DNA from: a virus
Length of the DNA stretch: 64,000 bases
IMG/VR virus record: IMGVR_UViG_3300003323_001324
Span: 1-64,000 of that record
Direction: 5' to 3' (one strand)
Shown: positions 1-9,326 of the stretch, piece after piece
Layout of the letters: each line of letters starts with the position of its first letter
Position numbering within the stretch: position 1 is the first letter of the stretch
Made by a program: the position numbers and the translations under genes
The notes under the pieces: model-generated
What the model was told of the DNA's origin: nothing
Database searches by the model: none
The model's input: the letters and a program-made list of their open reading frames with translations, nothing else

Positions 1-1
1 C

Positions 2-469
2 TTCGACGCCGACACCGCCGAGGAGGACCTGACCAAGAAGTACGAGGTCGCCCTCCGCCCCTCGGACGTCCGCATGTTCAAGGCCCTGACGGGGGACCAC
101 TCCGACAAGATCCCGGGGGTCCCCCGCCTCCGCAAGAAGGTCGCCGCCCCCCTCTGCCGGCACCGGAGCGTCGACGACCTGATCGCGACCGGTCTGCCGG
201 GCTTCTCGAAGGTTGAGAAGCAGAAGACGGAGGACCTCAGGGACCGGATCGCCCTGAACCTACTTTTGATTACCCTCGACTCCACCGTAGACTACGGCGC
301 CTGCCGGATGCGCGCTCTTGCCGACTACGAGATGGCCGGAAGGGTCCTCCGGGAGGACCTCGGGATAGGCTACGTGTCTCCCCGCTCCTTTGCCTTCGCC
401 CCCTCCGGCAGGCGCGTCGGGGCCCCGGTCGAGTTCAACTCTCTGCCCGACTTTCTTCGCGACATCTGA
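2..469 (+). CDS. 5'-3' exonuclease / flap endonuclease (PolA-N/RNase H-like), 5'-truncated
   Basis: Frame is open from base 2; H3TH motif ALTGDHSDKIPGVPRL. Confidence 0.85.
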   Translation, partial: FDADTAEEDLTKKYEVALRPSDVRMFKALTGDHSDKIPGVPRLRKKVAAPLCRHRSVDDLIATGLPGFSKVEKQKTEDLRDRIALNLLLITLDSTVDYGACRMRALADYEMAGRVLREDLGIGYVSPRSFAFAPSGRRVGAPVEFNSLPDFLRDI

Positions 470-595
470 TCTCGGTAGTGTTTCAACGGGCCCTCCAGCC
501 CAGACGTATACCGATACTAAGACCGCCGGTCCTGCGATCTATACGAATACGCATATGGAAACTACCGCGGCGGGGCCGCGCTGGCTGGAGAGTGC

Positions 596-1372
596 TTGTC
601 CCACATAGTAATTTCCGATCCGCAGGATATCTCTTCTCGTTTTAGCAACAAGCAGCGCCTCGGGGGAGACGGCGAGTCCGCCTTCGAGATGGACGACCTC
701 GCCAACATCATCGAGAGGTCGCTCGCGCCCGCCCCGGAGGAGGAGCTCCTCACCGAGGGCGTCATCCTCGACTTCGGGTCCATCGAGCGCCACCTGGAGC
801 GGATCCCGCCCCGCGAGGCTGACCTGATCGAGATGTACTACCGGGACTCCCTGAAGCAGGAGCAGATCGCCCGGTACTTCAACATCACCCAGGCGGCCGT
901 CTCCTACCGCCTCCATCGCGGCATACGCCGTATCCAGTTCCTGCGCACCATCCCGGAGCTGGACCGCGACGAGTTCGAGGCAGAGCTCGGCTCGAAGTTC
1001 TCGGACCAGGACCGCGAGATCCTCTGGCTCATGTACGAGACGACCTGTCAGTCCGAGATCGCGAAGCGCCTCGGCCTCACCCAGGGCCGCGTCCGCCATC
1101 GCTTCTTCAGGGCCCTGACCAAGATCAAGGAGCTCATCGCCGACGAGGCGCGCCTGGTCGAGGAGGTCATCCGCCGGGAGCAGAAGCGCGGCACGCGCGA
1201 CGGCGGGGAGGAAGAGGTCCTCCGCGAGGTCGAGGAGGCGACCAGGACGTCCTGTTACGCCAAGTACTGGACCGTGTACTACGCCATCTCGGACAAGCAC
1301 TTCAACATCCTACACGAGGTCTCCCTCCCGCAATTCCGGGACCGCGGCGTCGCGCAGATACTCGCCGTCTGA
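596..1372 (+). CDS. Transcription regulator with two sigma70 region-4-like HTH domains
   Basis: PPREADLIEMYY..KQEQIARYFNITQAAVSYRLHRG and SDQDREILWLMY..QSEIAKRLGLTQGRVRHRFFRA; no region 2 evident; TTG start after GGAG. Confidence 0.75.
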   Translation: MSHIVISDPQDISSRFSNKQRLGGDGESAFEMDDLANIIERSLAPAPEEELLTEGVILDFGSIERHLERIPPREADLIEMYYRDSLKQEQIARYFNITQAAVSYRLHRGIRRIQFLRTIPELDRDEFEAELGSKFSDQDREILWLMYETTCQSEIAKRLGLTQGRVRHRFFRALTKIKELIADEARLVEEVIRREQKRGTRDGGEEEVLREVEEATRTSCYAKYWTVYYAISDKHFNILHEVSLPQFRDRGVAQILAV

Positions 1373-1399
1373 TTAGGCCTGCTATCCCCGGACCCCGTC

Positions 1400-1804
1400 A
1401 TGAGCCCCGAGTCTGTAGCCTCGCGCCTCCGCGCCATCGCTGAGGGAATCCGTCGCTCCAAGAGCCCGAGCGTCTCCAAGGTCGCCGCGGCCCTCCGCGA
1501 GGTCTTGGCTGCCGTCGACGTCCCCGAGCCTGCGGTCGCGGCCCCGGCCACCAAGGTCGTGATCAGCGACCACTGGACCGCCGAGGACCTCCCGACCCTC
1601 GTGTCGGAGCACAAGGGGACCGCGGTCCGCCAGGGCTACTTCGGCGAGTACGGCATCGAGATGCCGGCCGACGAGGCCGCCCAGTTCGAGGCCGACGTCG
1701 GCGAAGGCGCGCACGTCTTCAACTCCTGGGAGGACGCCTCGAAGGCCGCCACGGACCCCGCCGACCCGGAGCCCTACGAGTTCGAGCCCGTCCCAGGCTT
1801 CTAG
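1400..1804 (+). CDS. Hypothetical protein, putative internal head protein
   Basis: Typical codon usage; N-terminal VASRLRAIA..SPSVSKV module is shared with ORF 49229. Confidence 0.65.
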   Translation: MSPESVASRLRAIAEGIRRSKSPSVSKVAAALREVLAAVDVPEPAVAAPATKVVISDHWTAEDLPTLVSEHKGTAVRQGYFGEYGIEMPADEAAQFEADVGEGAHVFNSWEDASKAATDPADPEPYEFEPVPGF

Positions 1805-2151
1805 CGCCGGAAGGCCGTCTTCACCAGGGCGAGGGTCATCGCCAGGGCGAACACGATTATCCCGACGATGAGCCACCCGAGGGGGTTGTTGGGGACGATG
1901 ACCCTGATGGCCCCGCGCGGCGGTATGGACTCCTTGCTGACCTCGATGCTGGCCCTCTCCATGCGCGCCTCGAGGTCCCGGAGGACCTTGCTGTCCTCCT
2001 CCCACTCCTCCTCCTCGGTCTTCTCCCGGATGACGGGGTCGGAGAACTTCGGCTCCGTCCCCGTGTAGGGCTTACGGCAGAGAGAGCACCGCTTGCTGCC
2101 GATGGTGTTGGCCGCCTGACAGAGCGGGCACCTCCACTGCGTTTCCGGCAT
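1801..2151 (-). CDS. Zinc-ribbon (RanBP2-like) membrane protein
   Basis: WRCPLC..N..RCSLC; C-terminal hydrophobic helix; GTAAAGT motif 6 nt before ATG. Confidence 0.7.
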   Translation of the reverse strand: MPETQWRCPLCQAANTIGSKRCSLCRKPYTGTEPKFSDPVIREKTEEEEWEEDSKVLRDLEARMERASIEVSKESIPPRGAIRVIVPNNPLGWLIVGIIVFALAMTLALVKTAFRR

Positions 2152-2196
2152 GCGGAGACTTTACGCTAATCAGCTTCTTTTCGGACGCCATGTCCG

Positions 2197-3099
2197 ATGG
2201 CCTCCGTCTCAGGAAGCGCGTTCGAGTTCTCCGTCGAGTCCACCGGCGGCCTCTGGAGATGGAAGGTCGTGTCCCGCAACGCCGGCGCCGGCGTCGAGTA
2301 CGACGTCGAGGACGTCTGCACCCCGTGGGGGTCCCTCTACCAGACCGCCATCCCGATCCCCGACGCCGTGGTGACGGAGATGGCCGCCGGAATCGTCGCG
2401 ATGAAGCAGCAGCTCTCCCCGCTTCTCGTCCTCGACGACCCGGGGAACGTCTCCTTTGTCGTGGTCATCACCGAGGGCGACCCGAACCTGGTGGTCGCGG
2501 ACCTCCCCTTCCACAACGGCGGGGCCTTCGGTTCCTCCTTGACCGCCACCGCGACCCCGAGCGCCCCCTGGCTCAAGGCCGAGCCGGGGCAGCTCTCCGG
2601 CATCGGGAAGAACGAGGCCGGCCGCTTCACCGTGACCCTGCTCACTGGGTCGCTCCTGGCCTCCGGCGCCCCGTACCTGGCCGTCGTGAACCTCCAGGAC
2701 AACCGGGTGCCCTCCACCATCATCCCGGTCGCCTTCTCGGTCTCCGTGCTCCCGAAGCCCGTCATCGCCGTCGACCAGCCGTCGCTCGACTTCGTCTGGT
2801 ATCAGTCGACCTCCACCGGCACCGGGCCCTTCACGGTCCACGTCTCCAACGCCGGCCCTGCCAACTCGACCCTGGACTGGACGGCGGGTCGCCTGCACGG
2901 GACCTCCCCCTGGCTTAGCTTCTCCCCCGCCTCGGGCGGCCCCCTCGCCTCCGGGGACGACGAGGCCGTCCAGCTCTCCCTGGTCTCTGGCTCCATCCCG
3001 TCCATCCCGGGCACCTACGCGGACTCCGTCCGCTTCTCCTGCCCGAACTCCGCCAACGGTTACGTCGACGTCCCGGTGACCCTGAACGTCATCCCATAG
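2197..3099 (+). CDS. Ig-like/BACON-type domain protein, likely on the virion surface
   Basis: Two beta-rich repeats with N-x-G..L....PWL..P.SG and Y..V.L/F pattern. Confidence 0.7.
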   Translation: MASVSGSAFEFSVESTGGLWRWKVVSRNAGAGVEYDVEDVCTPWGSLYQTAIPIPDAVVTEMAAGIVAMKQQLSPLLVLDDPGNVSFVVVITEGDPNLVVADLPFHNGGAFGSSLTATATPSAPWLKAEPGQLSGIGKNEAGRFTVTLLTGSLLASGAPYLAVVNLQDNRVPSTIIPVAFSVSVLPKPVIAVDQPSLDFVWYQSTSTGTGPFTVHVSNAGPANSTLDWTAGRLHGTSPWLSFSPASGGPLASGDDEAVQLSLVSGSIPSIPGTYADSVRFSCPNSANGYVDVPVTLNVIP

Positions 3100-3133
3100 C
3101 CTTGTTGTCCCTGCCTCCTTTTGAGGCACAGGC

Positions 3134-3412
3134 ATGAGCAAGCGCGATATCACCGACCTCCGCTATTCCTCGTCGTCGTTCGACGACTTCTTCGCCCCGA
3201 AGGCCGCCCCGGCGCCTTCGGTCAGGTCGGCTTCCTCGGGCCCCGTCCGCCACAGGGTGGCCAACCTCCGTCAGCTCGCCGGGTTCCACCTCGCGGACTC
3301 CGACACCCTCGTCAGGGTCTCCCAGAACGACTTCTGGAAGCTCGGCCAGGACGGCGAGGGCTACTTCATCGAGCGCCTGGTGTCGGACGACGACGGGCCG
3401 GTCAAGGGCTGA
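3134..3412 (+). CDS. Hypothetical head-module protein
   Basis: Typical codon usage, GAGG RBS, position in the operon. Confidence 0.7.
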   Translation: MSKRDITDLRYSSSSFDDFFAPKAAPAPSVRSASSGPVRHRVANLRQLAGFHLADSDTLVRVSQNDFWKLGQDGEGYFIERLVSDDDGPVKG

Positions 3413-3413
3413 C

Positions 3414-4169
3414 ATGACCTCTCTCCAGGGCCAGCCGACCCCGGTCGCCAACTTCGTGGAGCTCGTGGAGCTCTACCGGACCGCGGCCATCGCCCTGGAC
3501 ACGTACTTCTGCAAGGACGAGAAGGGCCGGGATAAGAAGGATCCGGTCTATCAGTACGTCGTCGAGAAGCGCGACATCCCTCCGACGTACGAGCACTACT
3601 CCTCCTGCGGCGACCGCGCCCACGCCCGCCTCTGGCGCCTCGGTTGCCGCCTCCCGTTCGTGAACCGCGAGGAGCGCACTCCCTCCCCCAACGACTGGAA
3701 GCAGGGCTGGAACATCTCCCTACTCCACGACGTGGGGCGCGGCTCTCCCTGCCTGACCAGCACGGGCATGAACGGCCAGCGCTACGCCTGCCCTCCCGGG
3801 GCTGGCTGGAAGCCCGCTCCCGCGACCGAGATGCTCATCTGGAACTCGCCCACCGGCGGCGACGCCCATAGCCTCTCCATCCTCGACTTCGACGGGAAGA
3901 AGGCCAAGACCTTCAACTACGGGGCCGCGGGAATGTCCTCTTCCTCCTTCCCGGGCGCCAAGATATCCGAGGCCCCGCTTACCTGGGACGGCAGGTTCTG
4001 GCGCTACGGCCCTCCCGGCCACGTCCGTATCGTGCAGCGCATCATGACCATCGAGGCGGTCGTGCCGACGCTCACCCTTCTCCCGGACCTGACCTACATC
4101 GACGGCGACATGCTTCCCGGCATGTCCGAGGTCTACGACAGGATCGTCCGGCTCCGGGCGGCCGCTTGA
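3414..4169 (+). CDS. Hypothetical protein, possible Cys/His (NlpC/P60- or CHAP-like) hydrolase
   Basis: YSSCGD at a helix start and a later DAHSLSI; function is inference. Confidence 0.5.
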   Translation: MTSLQGQPTPVANFVELVELYRTAAIALDTYFCKDEKGRDKKDPVYQYVVEKRDIPPTYEHYSSCGDRAHARLWRLGCRLPFVNREERTPSPNDWKQGWNISLLHDVGRGSPCLTSTGMNGQRYACPPGAGWKPAPATEMLIWNSPTGGDAHSLSILDFDGKKAKTFNYGAAGMSSSSFPGAKISEAPLTWDGRFWRYGPPGHVRIVQRIMTIEAVVPTLTLLPDLTYIDGDMLPGMSEVYDRIVRLRAAA

Positions 4170-4209
4170 CCCCGCACCCTCGCTCTTTGATGCCGCCTCC
4201 GGAGGCGAC

Positions 4210-5505
4210 ATGAAGGACCACGATCTTCAGAGTATGGCCGCGCGCGTTGCCGGCGTTGCCGCCAGGGTCCGGACCGCGGGCAAGATCGAGTTCATCCGCG
4301 ACCAGGGCCCCCTTCGCCGCGACATCCGCGTGCAGGGCTTCCGCTGGGACCCCGAGATCCACCGTAACCTCGCCAAGACCCTCTGGGCCGTCGACCGCGC
4401 CCACAGCTACGGGATGGCCGCCCTGCGCCTCTTCTCGAAGATGTCGTCCTCCGACTTTTCTCCGGACGGCCTCCTCGGCGGCGTCGGCTACATCCAGAAG
4501 GTGAAGGACATGCGCTCCGGCCTCTCCCAGGCCGTCGAGGTCCTCTCCGCGTGCGCCGACACCATGCACGACGAGGTCAACGCCGACCACTGGCACTCCG
4601 CGATGGAGGAGGACCCGACCACCAAGGACATCGTCCAGGAGGCCAACGAGGCCAACCCGGAGCAGTACGTCCAGCAGACCTTCCGCGAGGAGGTCCCCTC
4701 CGCGGAGGAGGGCCTCGACGCCTTCAGGAACCCCGAGGCGGACGACTTCAACCCGTTCGTCGAGGGCGAGGAGGACGAGGACGAGGAAGAGGACCAGTGG
4801 TGGAGCACGCCGGACTCCGGCGGGCAGGTGGCCACCGAGGTCCCGCTCCCCGGACCCAAGTCCGCCGTCCCGACGGACGACTCTCTCCAGGAGGAGGGCG
4901 TCTCCCAGGTCGAGATGACCATGAACACGACGGGCGAGGCGCCGCGCGGCAACTACGCCTCCGCCGTCGAGCGCCTGATCGAGCGTGAGCCGCGCCTGGC
5001 GGCCTTCCGCCGCTCGGGCGACGCCGTCCGTATCGCCGACTCGTCCGTGGACCCGGCCACCCTCCCCGGGCCGCGCATCATGCACATCGGCCCCGCGGAG
5101 TCCCCGGAGGCCATGGGTGGCTACACCGACGGCGGGGCCGTCCCGTCGGACGACCCAGCCTACGAGGGCTTCATCGAGCTCGACCGCATCTACCAGGGCC
5201 AGGACTCCAACAACGATGGCGTCACCGGCTACTCCGACCCGACCGACGGCGACGTGACCTCCTTCAAGGCCTCGGCCATGGCCGCCCGCGTGGCGGACGG
5301 GACCTACTCCTGGCTCCCCGGGTCCCGGAACGAGAAGCTGATGCCGTACTACGACCTCTCGGCCACCGACGAGGACGTCCAGTGGATGGCCGCACACGAC
5401 TCCCCCCAGCCTCCGGCGGGGATGGTCCCTCACCCCGTCAAGCCGCGCGAGGACCCCCTATGGGAGGCCGTGAGGAAGAACATTGCCGAGCTCTCTTCCG
5501 ACTGA
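4210..5505 (+). CDS. Acidic putative virion/internal head protein
   Basis: GGAGG RBS; D/E-rich; several RVA/RTA/RIA motifs. Confidence 0.7.
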   Translation: MKDHDLQSMAARVAGVAARVRTAGKIEFIRDQGPLRRDIRVQGFRWDPEIHRNLAKTLWAVDRAHSYGMAALRLFSKMSSSDFSPDGLLGGVGYIQKVKDMRSGLSQAVEVLSACADTMHDEVNADHWHSAMEEDPTTKDIVQEANEANPEQYVQQTFREEVPSAEEGLDAFRNPEADDFNPFVEGEEDEDEEEDQWWSTPDSGGQVATEVPLPGPKSAVPTDDSLQEEGVSQVEMTMNTTGEAPRGNYASAVERLIEREPRLAAFRRSGDAVRIADSSVDPATLPGPRIMHIGPAESPEAMGGYTDGGAVPSDDPAYEGFIELDRIYQGQDSNNDGVTGYSDPTDGDVTSFKASAMAARVADGTYSWLPGSRNEKLMPYYDLSATDEDVQWMAAHDSPQPPAGMVPHPVKPREDPLWEAVRKNIAELSSD

Positions 5506-6664
5506 GGACGCCCTCACGAAGTCCGTGGACACCTTCGGACTCGGAACCTACGACGGGCTCTCCGACGGGTCCCTTCACGGCGAGGACGACGAGCAGCGCG
5601 AGCCCGTCGGCGACTCCCTGCCGACCGAGGTGACCGACGAGTTCGACGTCGAGTACTACCTGAGCTACCCTCAGGAGAAGGCCCTCGGCGGCCCGAAGCA
5701 CGCGTCCCTCGACTGGTTCTTGGCCTCCATCCTTCCCGGGGACGGGGACCGCCCCGCGCGCGCTCCGAAGCCGGCGGAGAAGGTCCTGGACGACCTGGCC
5801 GCCCCTCCCTCCGACGTCCGCACCTCCGAGTCGGAGCTCCCGAGCGACTCCGACAACCCCTCCGCCCGGTCCGACTACTACGACCGCATGACAATGGGGA
5901 AGGTCCTCCGGTCCCTGGACGAGGGACGGTTCTGGCCCTCCGAGGACTCTGGCTCCTACGTCACGCAGGAGCAGAAGGACGTCGAGCCCGCCCCATCCGA
6001 CGACGTGGCCCCCTGGAAGGACGGGGACGGCCACTACGTGGACGACGACGGGGCCATCGAGAGCACGCCTACCCCGGAGTTCAACGACAACGTCATGGAC
6101 AACTCGCTCGGCGCCCTCGGCAACTCCGACTCCGGGTACGTCGTCGAGGACCTGTCGAACCCGCGCGGCTTCCCGAACCAGGACTTCATGGAGGAGGCCG
6201 ACTTTCTCGACGAGAACCCCATCCTCCCCGAGCTCTGGCATCTTCAGCCTTTTGGGTACGCCGCAGAACAGAGGAAAACTATGTCAACCAGGGTGTCAAC
6301 CGACATCGACAAGGTTCGGGACCTGACGAAGGCCTTCCTGAAGGAGCACGGCCGCAAGAGCATTGTGCGCCGCAGCGTCCTGGCCTTCCTCCAGTCCAAG
6401 GGCCTTCCTCAGTACCTCGCGTCGGACGTCATCCGCTGCATGAAGCATGACCATGACATCCTCGTCCCGGACGTCATGGACGCCTTCCCCATCGCCCAGG
6501 ACGCGCCGGACGACCTGCGCCGCCTGGCCTCCATCCACGGCCGCCTTCTCGAGCTCAGCCTCACCGTCCCGGACCGGGAGACGGCCTCGAGGCTCAACCG
6601 CTGTGCCGCCAGCGTCGCCGGGGCCATCATGAAGCTCGAGCGCGCTGCCCTCGGTAACATTTGA
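5483..6664 (+). CDS. Acidic putative head-module protein (start uncertain; possible internal start at 6281)
   Basis: Long ORF with typical codon usage; GAGGAAAACT-ATG at 6281 is in frame. Confidence 0.65.
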   Translation: MPSSLPTEDALTKSVDTFGLGTYDGLSDGSLHGEDDEQREPVGDSLPTEVTDEFDVEYYLSYPQEKALGGPKHASLDWFLASILPGDGDRPARAPKPAEKVLDDLAAPPSDVRTSESELPSDSDNPSARSDYYDRMTMGKVLRSLDEGRFWPSEDSGSYVTQEQKDVEPAPSDDVAPWKDGDGHYVDDDGAIESTPTPEFNDNVMDNSLGALGNSDSGYVVEDLSNPRGFPNQDFMEEADFLDENPILPELWHLQPFGYAAEQRKTMSTRVSTDIDKVRDLTKAFLKEHGRKSIVRRSVLAFLQSKGLPQYLASDVIRCMKHDHDILVPDVMDAFPIAQDAPDDLRRLASIHGRLLELSLTVPDRETASRLNRCAASVAGAIMKLERAALGNI

Positions 6665-6686
6665 TCTTTCATCGCGTGTGAGGACG

Positions 6687-8663
6687 ATGTCCAGCAGGAT
6701 ACCTGACAACTTCGAGTCCGGAATCGGAGACATCACCGAGGTGATGAGCAGCCAGGGCGTGTCCGACCTGTCGTGGCTCAACGTGGACGAGGAGATGTAC
6801 AGGGAGGCCGAGGCTCTTCCGAAGCAGAACCTCGACATCATCCCCGAGCTCCAGTCTGCCCTCTCCTGGGACGGCAAGGACGACCGCGTGCCTGTCGTCA
6901 CCCCGCTGCGCCCGCACGCGGTCGTGAACCGCAACCCGCTGGACAACCCCGAGGCGACCCTCCGCTCGAACTCCTCGGTCCCGAACCGCCTCGCCGCCTA
7001 TGTCATCGCGGGCCTCCCCGACGCGACGATCGCGAGCCGCCTTTCGCTCGAGTTCAGCCCCGCCCAGCTCTCCGCCTCTCACGCCGAGGCCTCCAAGGTC
7101 CTGGACGAGAAGGGGCTGCTCGGGAACGTCTACGTCGACGCCTCCCACTTCCCGCGTTGCGCCCAGGAGGGCCCGCACCGGGAGTTCGTCGCCAAGAGCG
7201 CGAAGCGCGCCCTGTACGTCCTCGCCAAGACCGCCTGCGGCGGGTGCGTCTGCAACAAGTCCGGTACCTGCTCCTCCTTCAAGAAGAGGCTGGTCACCGA
7301 GGTCCCGTACGACCACAAGACCGCCGCGCACTACGTCCCGCAGCTGACCTCGGAGAACCGCATCGCCCCCGGCGAGCTCAAGGCGGCCCTCGCCTCCGGC
7401 CCGTCCGGCGTCAAGGCCCTCCTCCGACAGTCCTTCCTGCGGCCCGTCGCCACCCGCTTCGAGTCCCCGCAGACCATCCAGCAGCGCGCGATCCCGAAGC
7501 CCGCGGAGTTCACCGAGGCCGACGTCCGCTCCTTCTGGGAGCGCCGCATGGCGTCCTCCGACGCCGAGGCGATGCCGGGGACGATGCACCTCCTGGCCGC
7601 CCGCCGCATCATGCAGGGCCGCGCCGACGCCCGCTCCCTCGTGGCGTCCTCCGACGCCGGCCTCCGCGCCCTGGCCCGGGAGAACGGCCTCCTCGGCCAC
7701 ACGTACGTCGACGCCGACGCTCTCGGCGGCGTCCACGAGGCCCTCAAGCACGTGCAGGCCGGGATCAAGTCCGGACGCGGCGCCCCAGACTTCGTCCTCC
7801 TCCGTAACCCGACCCAGGCCGACGCCACCTCCCCGGACATGGCCCAGCTCGTGCAGCTGTCCTCCGTCGTCCGCAAGCGCCCGGAGCTCGGGATCTCGCA
7901 CTTCGCGTCCGCCCTCGAGCGCGCCGTCGCCTCCGGGCGCATCACGCCCGAGATGGCCGCCGCGGCCTCCTCCAAGGTCGCCGCCGCGCCCTTCGCCCCC
8001 GCCGACTGGCCTTCGGCCATCGCCCACGTGAACCTCGCCTCCGCCCCGGCCCCCGAGGCCCGCCAGGTGGACGTCCAGACCACCATCGGGACGACGGTCC
8101 ACCACGGGACCGCGCCGACGGAGACTCCGGTCGCCGTCATGGACCCCGAGGAGGTCCGCCGGACCATCTCGCACCTGATGAACACCGGCTTCTCCGGCCG
8201 GAAGCTCCAGGCCGTCATCCTCCAGAGGTACTCCAGGTCGGACCTCGCCCAGGTCCCGGAGGTCGGCGCCGCCCTGTCCCGGGATGACGGCGTCCAGGGC
8301 CATTACTTCATCGATCCGACCGCCTACAAGGACTACGGGCGCGGCTGCCAGACCGGCGGCGACAAGTTCCGCAAGCTCAACCCCGTCCCGAACGTCCTCG
8401 CGGCCTCCGGGTGCACCGGCTGCCGGAGCCAGACCCGCCCCGGATGGTGCTCGCGCTACGCCAAGACCCTCATCCGCCAGGTTCCCGAGGCTGTCCGGAC
8501 CGAGGCTGCCGAGCGTCGCCGCCTCCCCGTCGTCCGCGAGACCGCCCCGATGACGAACCCCGTCACGGAGTTCGGCCTCACCGCCTCCCTGGAGGTGGAG
8601 ATCGCCGCTCCCCCGAAGGCGAGGCCCGACGTGGTGGTCTCCTCCCAGTCAATCCCGGACTGA
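6687..8663 (+). CDS. Cys-rich virion-module protein with three internal repeats
   Basis: EKGLLGNVYVD, ENGLLGHTYVD and DDGVQGHYFID; CxxC clusters. Confidence 0.75.
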   Translation: MSSRIPDNFESGIGDITEVMSSQGVSDLSWLNVDEEMYREAEALPKQNLDIIPELQSALSWDGKDDRVPVVTPLRPHAVVNRNPLDNPEATLRSNSSVPNRLAAYVIAGLPDATIASRLSLEFSPAQLSASHAEASKVLDEKGLLGNVYVDASHFPRCAQEGPHREFVAKSAKRALYVLAKTACGGCVCNKSGTCSSFKKRLVTEVPYDHKTAAHYVPQLTSENRIAPGELKAALASGPSGVKALLRQSFLRPVATRFESPQTIQQRAIPKPAEFTEADVRSFWERRMASSDAEAMPGTMHLLAARRIMQGRADARSLVASSDAGLRALARENGLLGHTYVDADALGGVHEALKHVQAGIKSGRGAPDFVLLRNPTQADATSPDMAQLVQLSSVVRKRPELGISHFASALERAVASGRITPEMAAAASSKVAAAPFAPADWPSAIAHVNLASAPAPEARQVDVQTTIGTTVHHGTAPTETPVAVMDPEEVRRTISHLMNTGFSGRKLQAVILQRYSRSDLAQVPEVGAALSRDDGVQGHYFIDPTAYKDYGRGCQTGGDKFRKLNPVPNVLAASGCTGCRSQTRPGWCSRYAKTLIRQVPEAVRTEAAERRRLPVVRETAPMTNPVTEFGLTASLEVEIAAPPKARPDVVVSSQSIPD

Positions 8664-8681
8664 ACGCCGGTAGAGTCCGTC

Positions 8682-9326
8682 ATGGATGATGACGGCCCCA
8701 TCGACGGGGACGACGACGATCTCGGCGACGACAGGCCGCCGAAGCCGTCCCGCGGCACCCTGGTGGTCCTGCCCGGCGGGAAGGTCCACGACCCGCGGCC
8801 CGACGTCGGCGCCGACTACGTCGTCGGGCAGTCCAAGGCCAACAATGCCGTGACTCCCGAGGTCCTGGACCCGATGGTCATCGACCGGGCCCTCAAGGAG
8901 CGGGAGGACTTCGTCGAGAAGTCGCGCCTCGTGGAGGCCGTCAAGGACACGAAGAAGGGCGGGAACTTCTCCGTCGTCGAGGACGCCGCCCTCCTGGAGA
9001 TAGCCGAGGAGCTCGCCCACATAAAGTACGAGCGCCGCCGCGCCGCCAAGGACGGGAAGAACACGTCCCCGTTCAGCCTCGGGAGGATAGCGGGGCTGAA
9101 GACCCTCGCCGACCTTCTCCTGAAGCGCCGCGAGGCCGCCCGCGGCGAGCGCATGGACCTGAAGTCCCCGCGCTTCCAGGCCGTCTTCAAGATCTGGATG
9201 GAGTTCTTCTACGAGGCGATGGAGAAGTCCGGGGTTGAGTCCCACATCATCGACCTCGTCTTTCAGCAGATGAAGGCCGACATGGTCAACTGGGAGAGGC
9301 GCATGGACGGCCTCGAGGACACCTGA
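8682..9326 (+). CDS. terS: Probable terminase small subunit
   Basis: Helical 214-aa protein whose stop overlaps the TerL start; call is by position only. Confidence 0.5.
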   Translation: MDDDGPIDGDDDDLGDDRPPKPSRGTLVVLPGGKVHDPRPDVGADYVVGQSKANNAVTPEVLDPMVIDRALKEREDFVEKSRLVEAVKDTKKGGNFSVVEDAALLEIAEELAHIKYERRRAAKDGKNTSPFSLGRIAGLKTLADLLLKRREAARGERMDLKSPRFQAVFKIWMEFFYEAMEKSGVESHIIDLVFQQMKADMVNWERRMDGLEDT

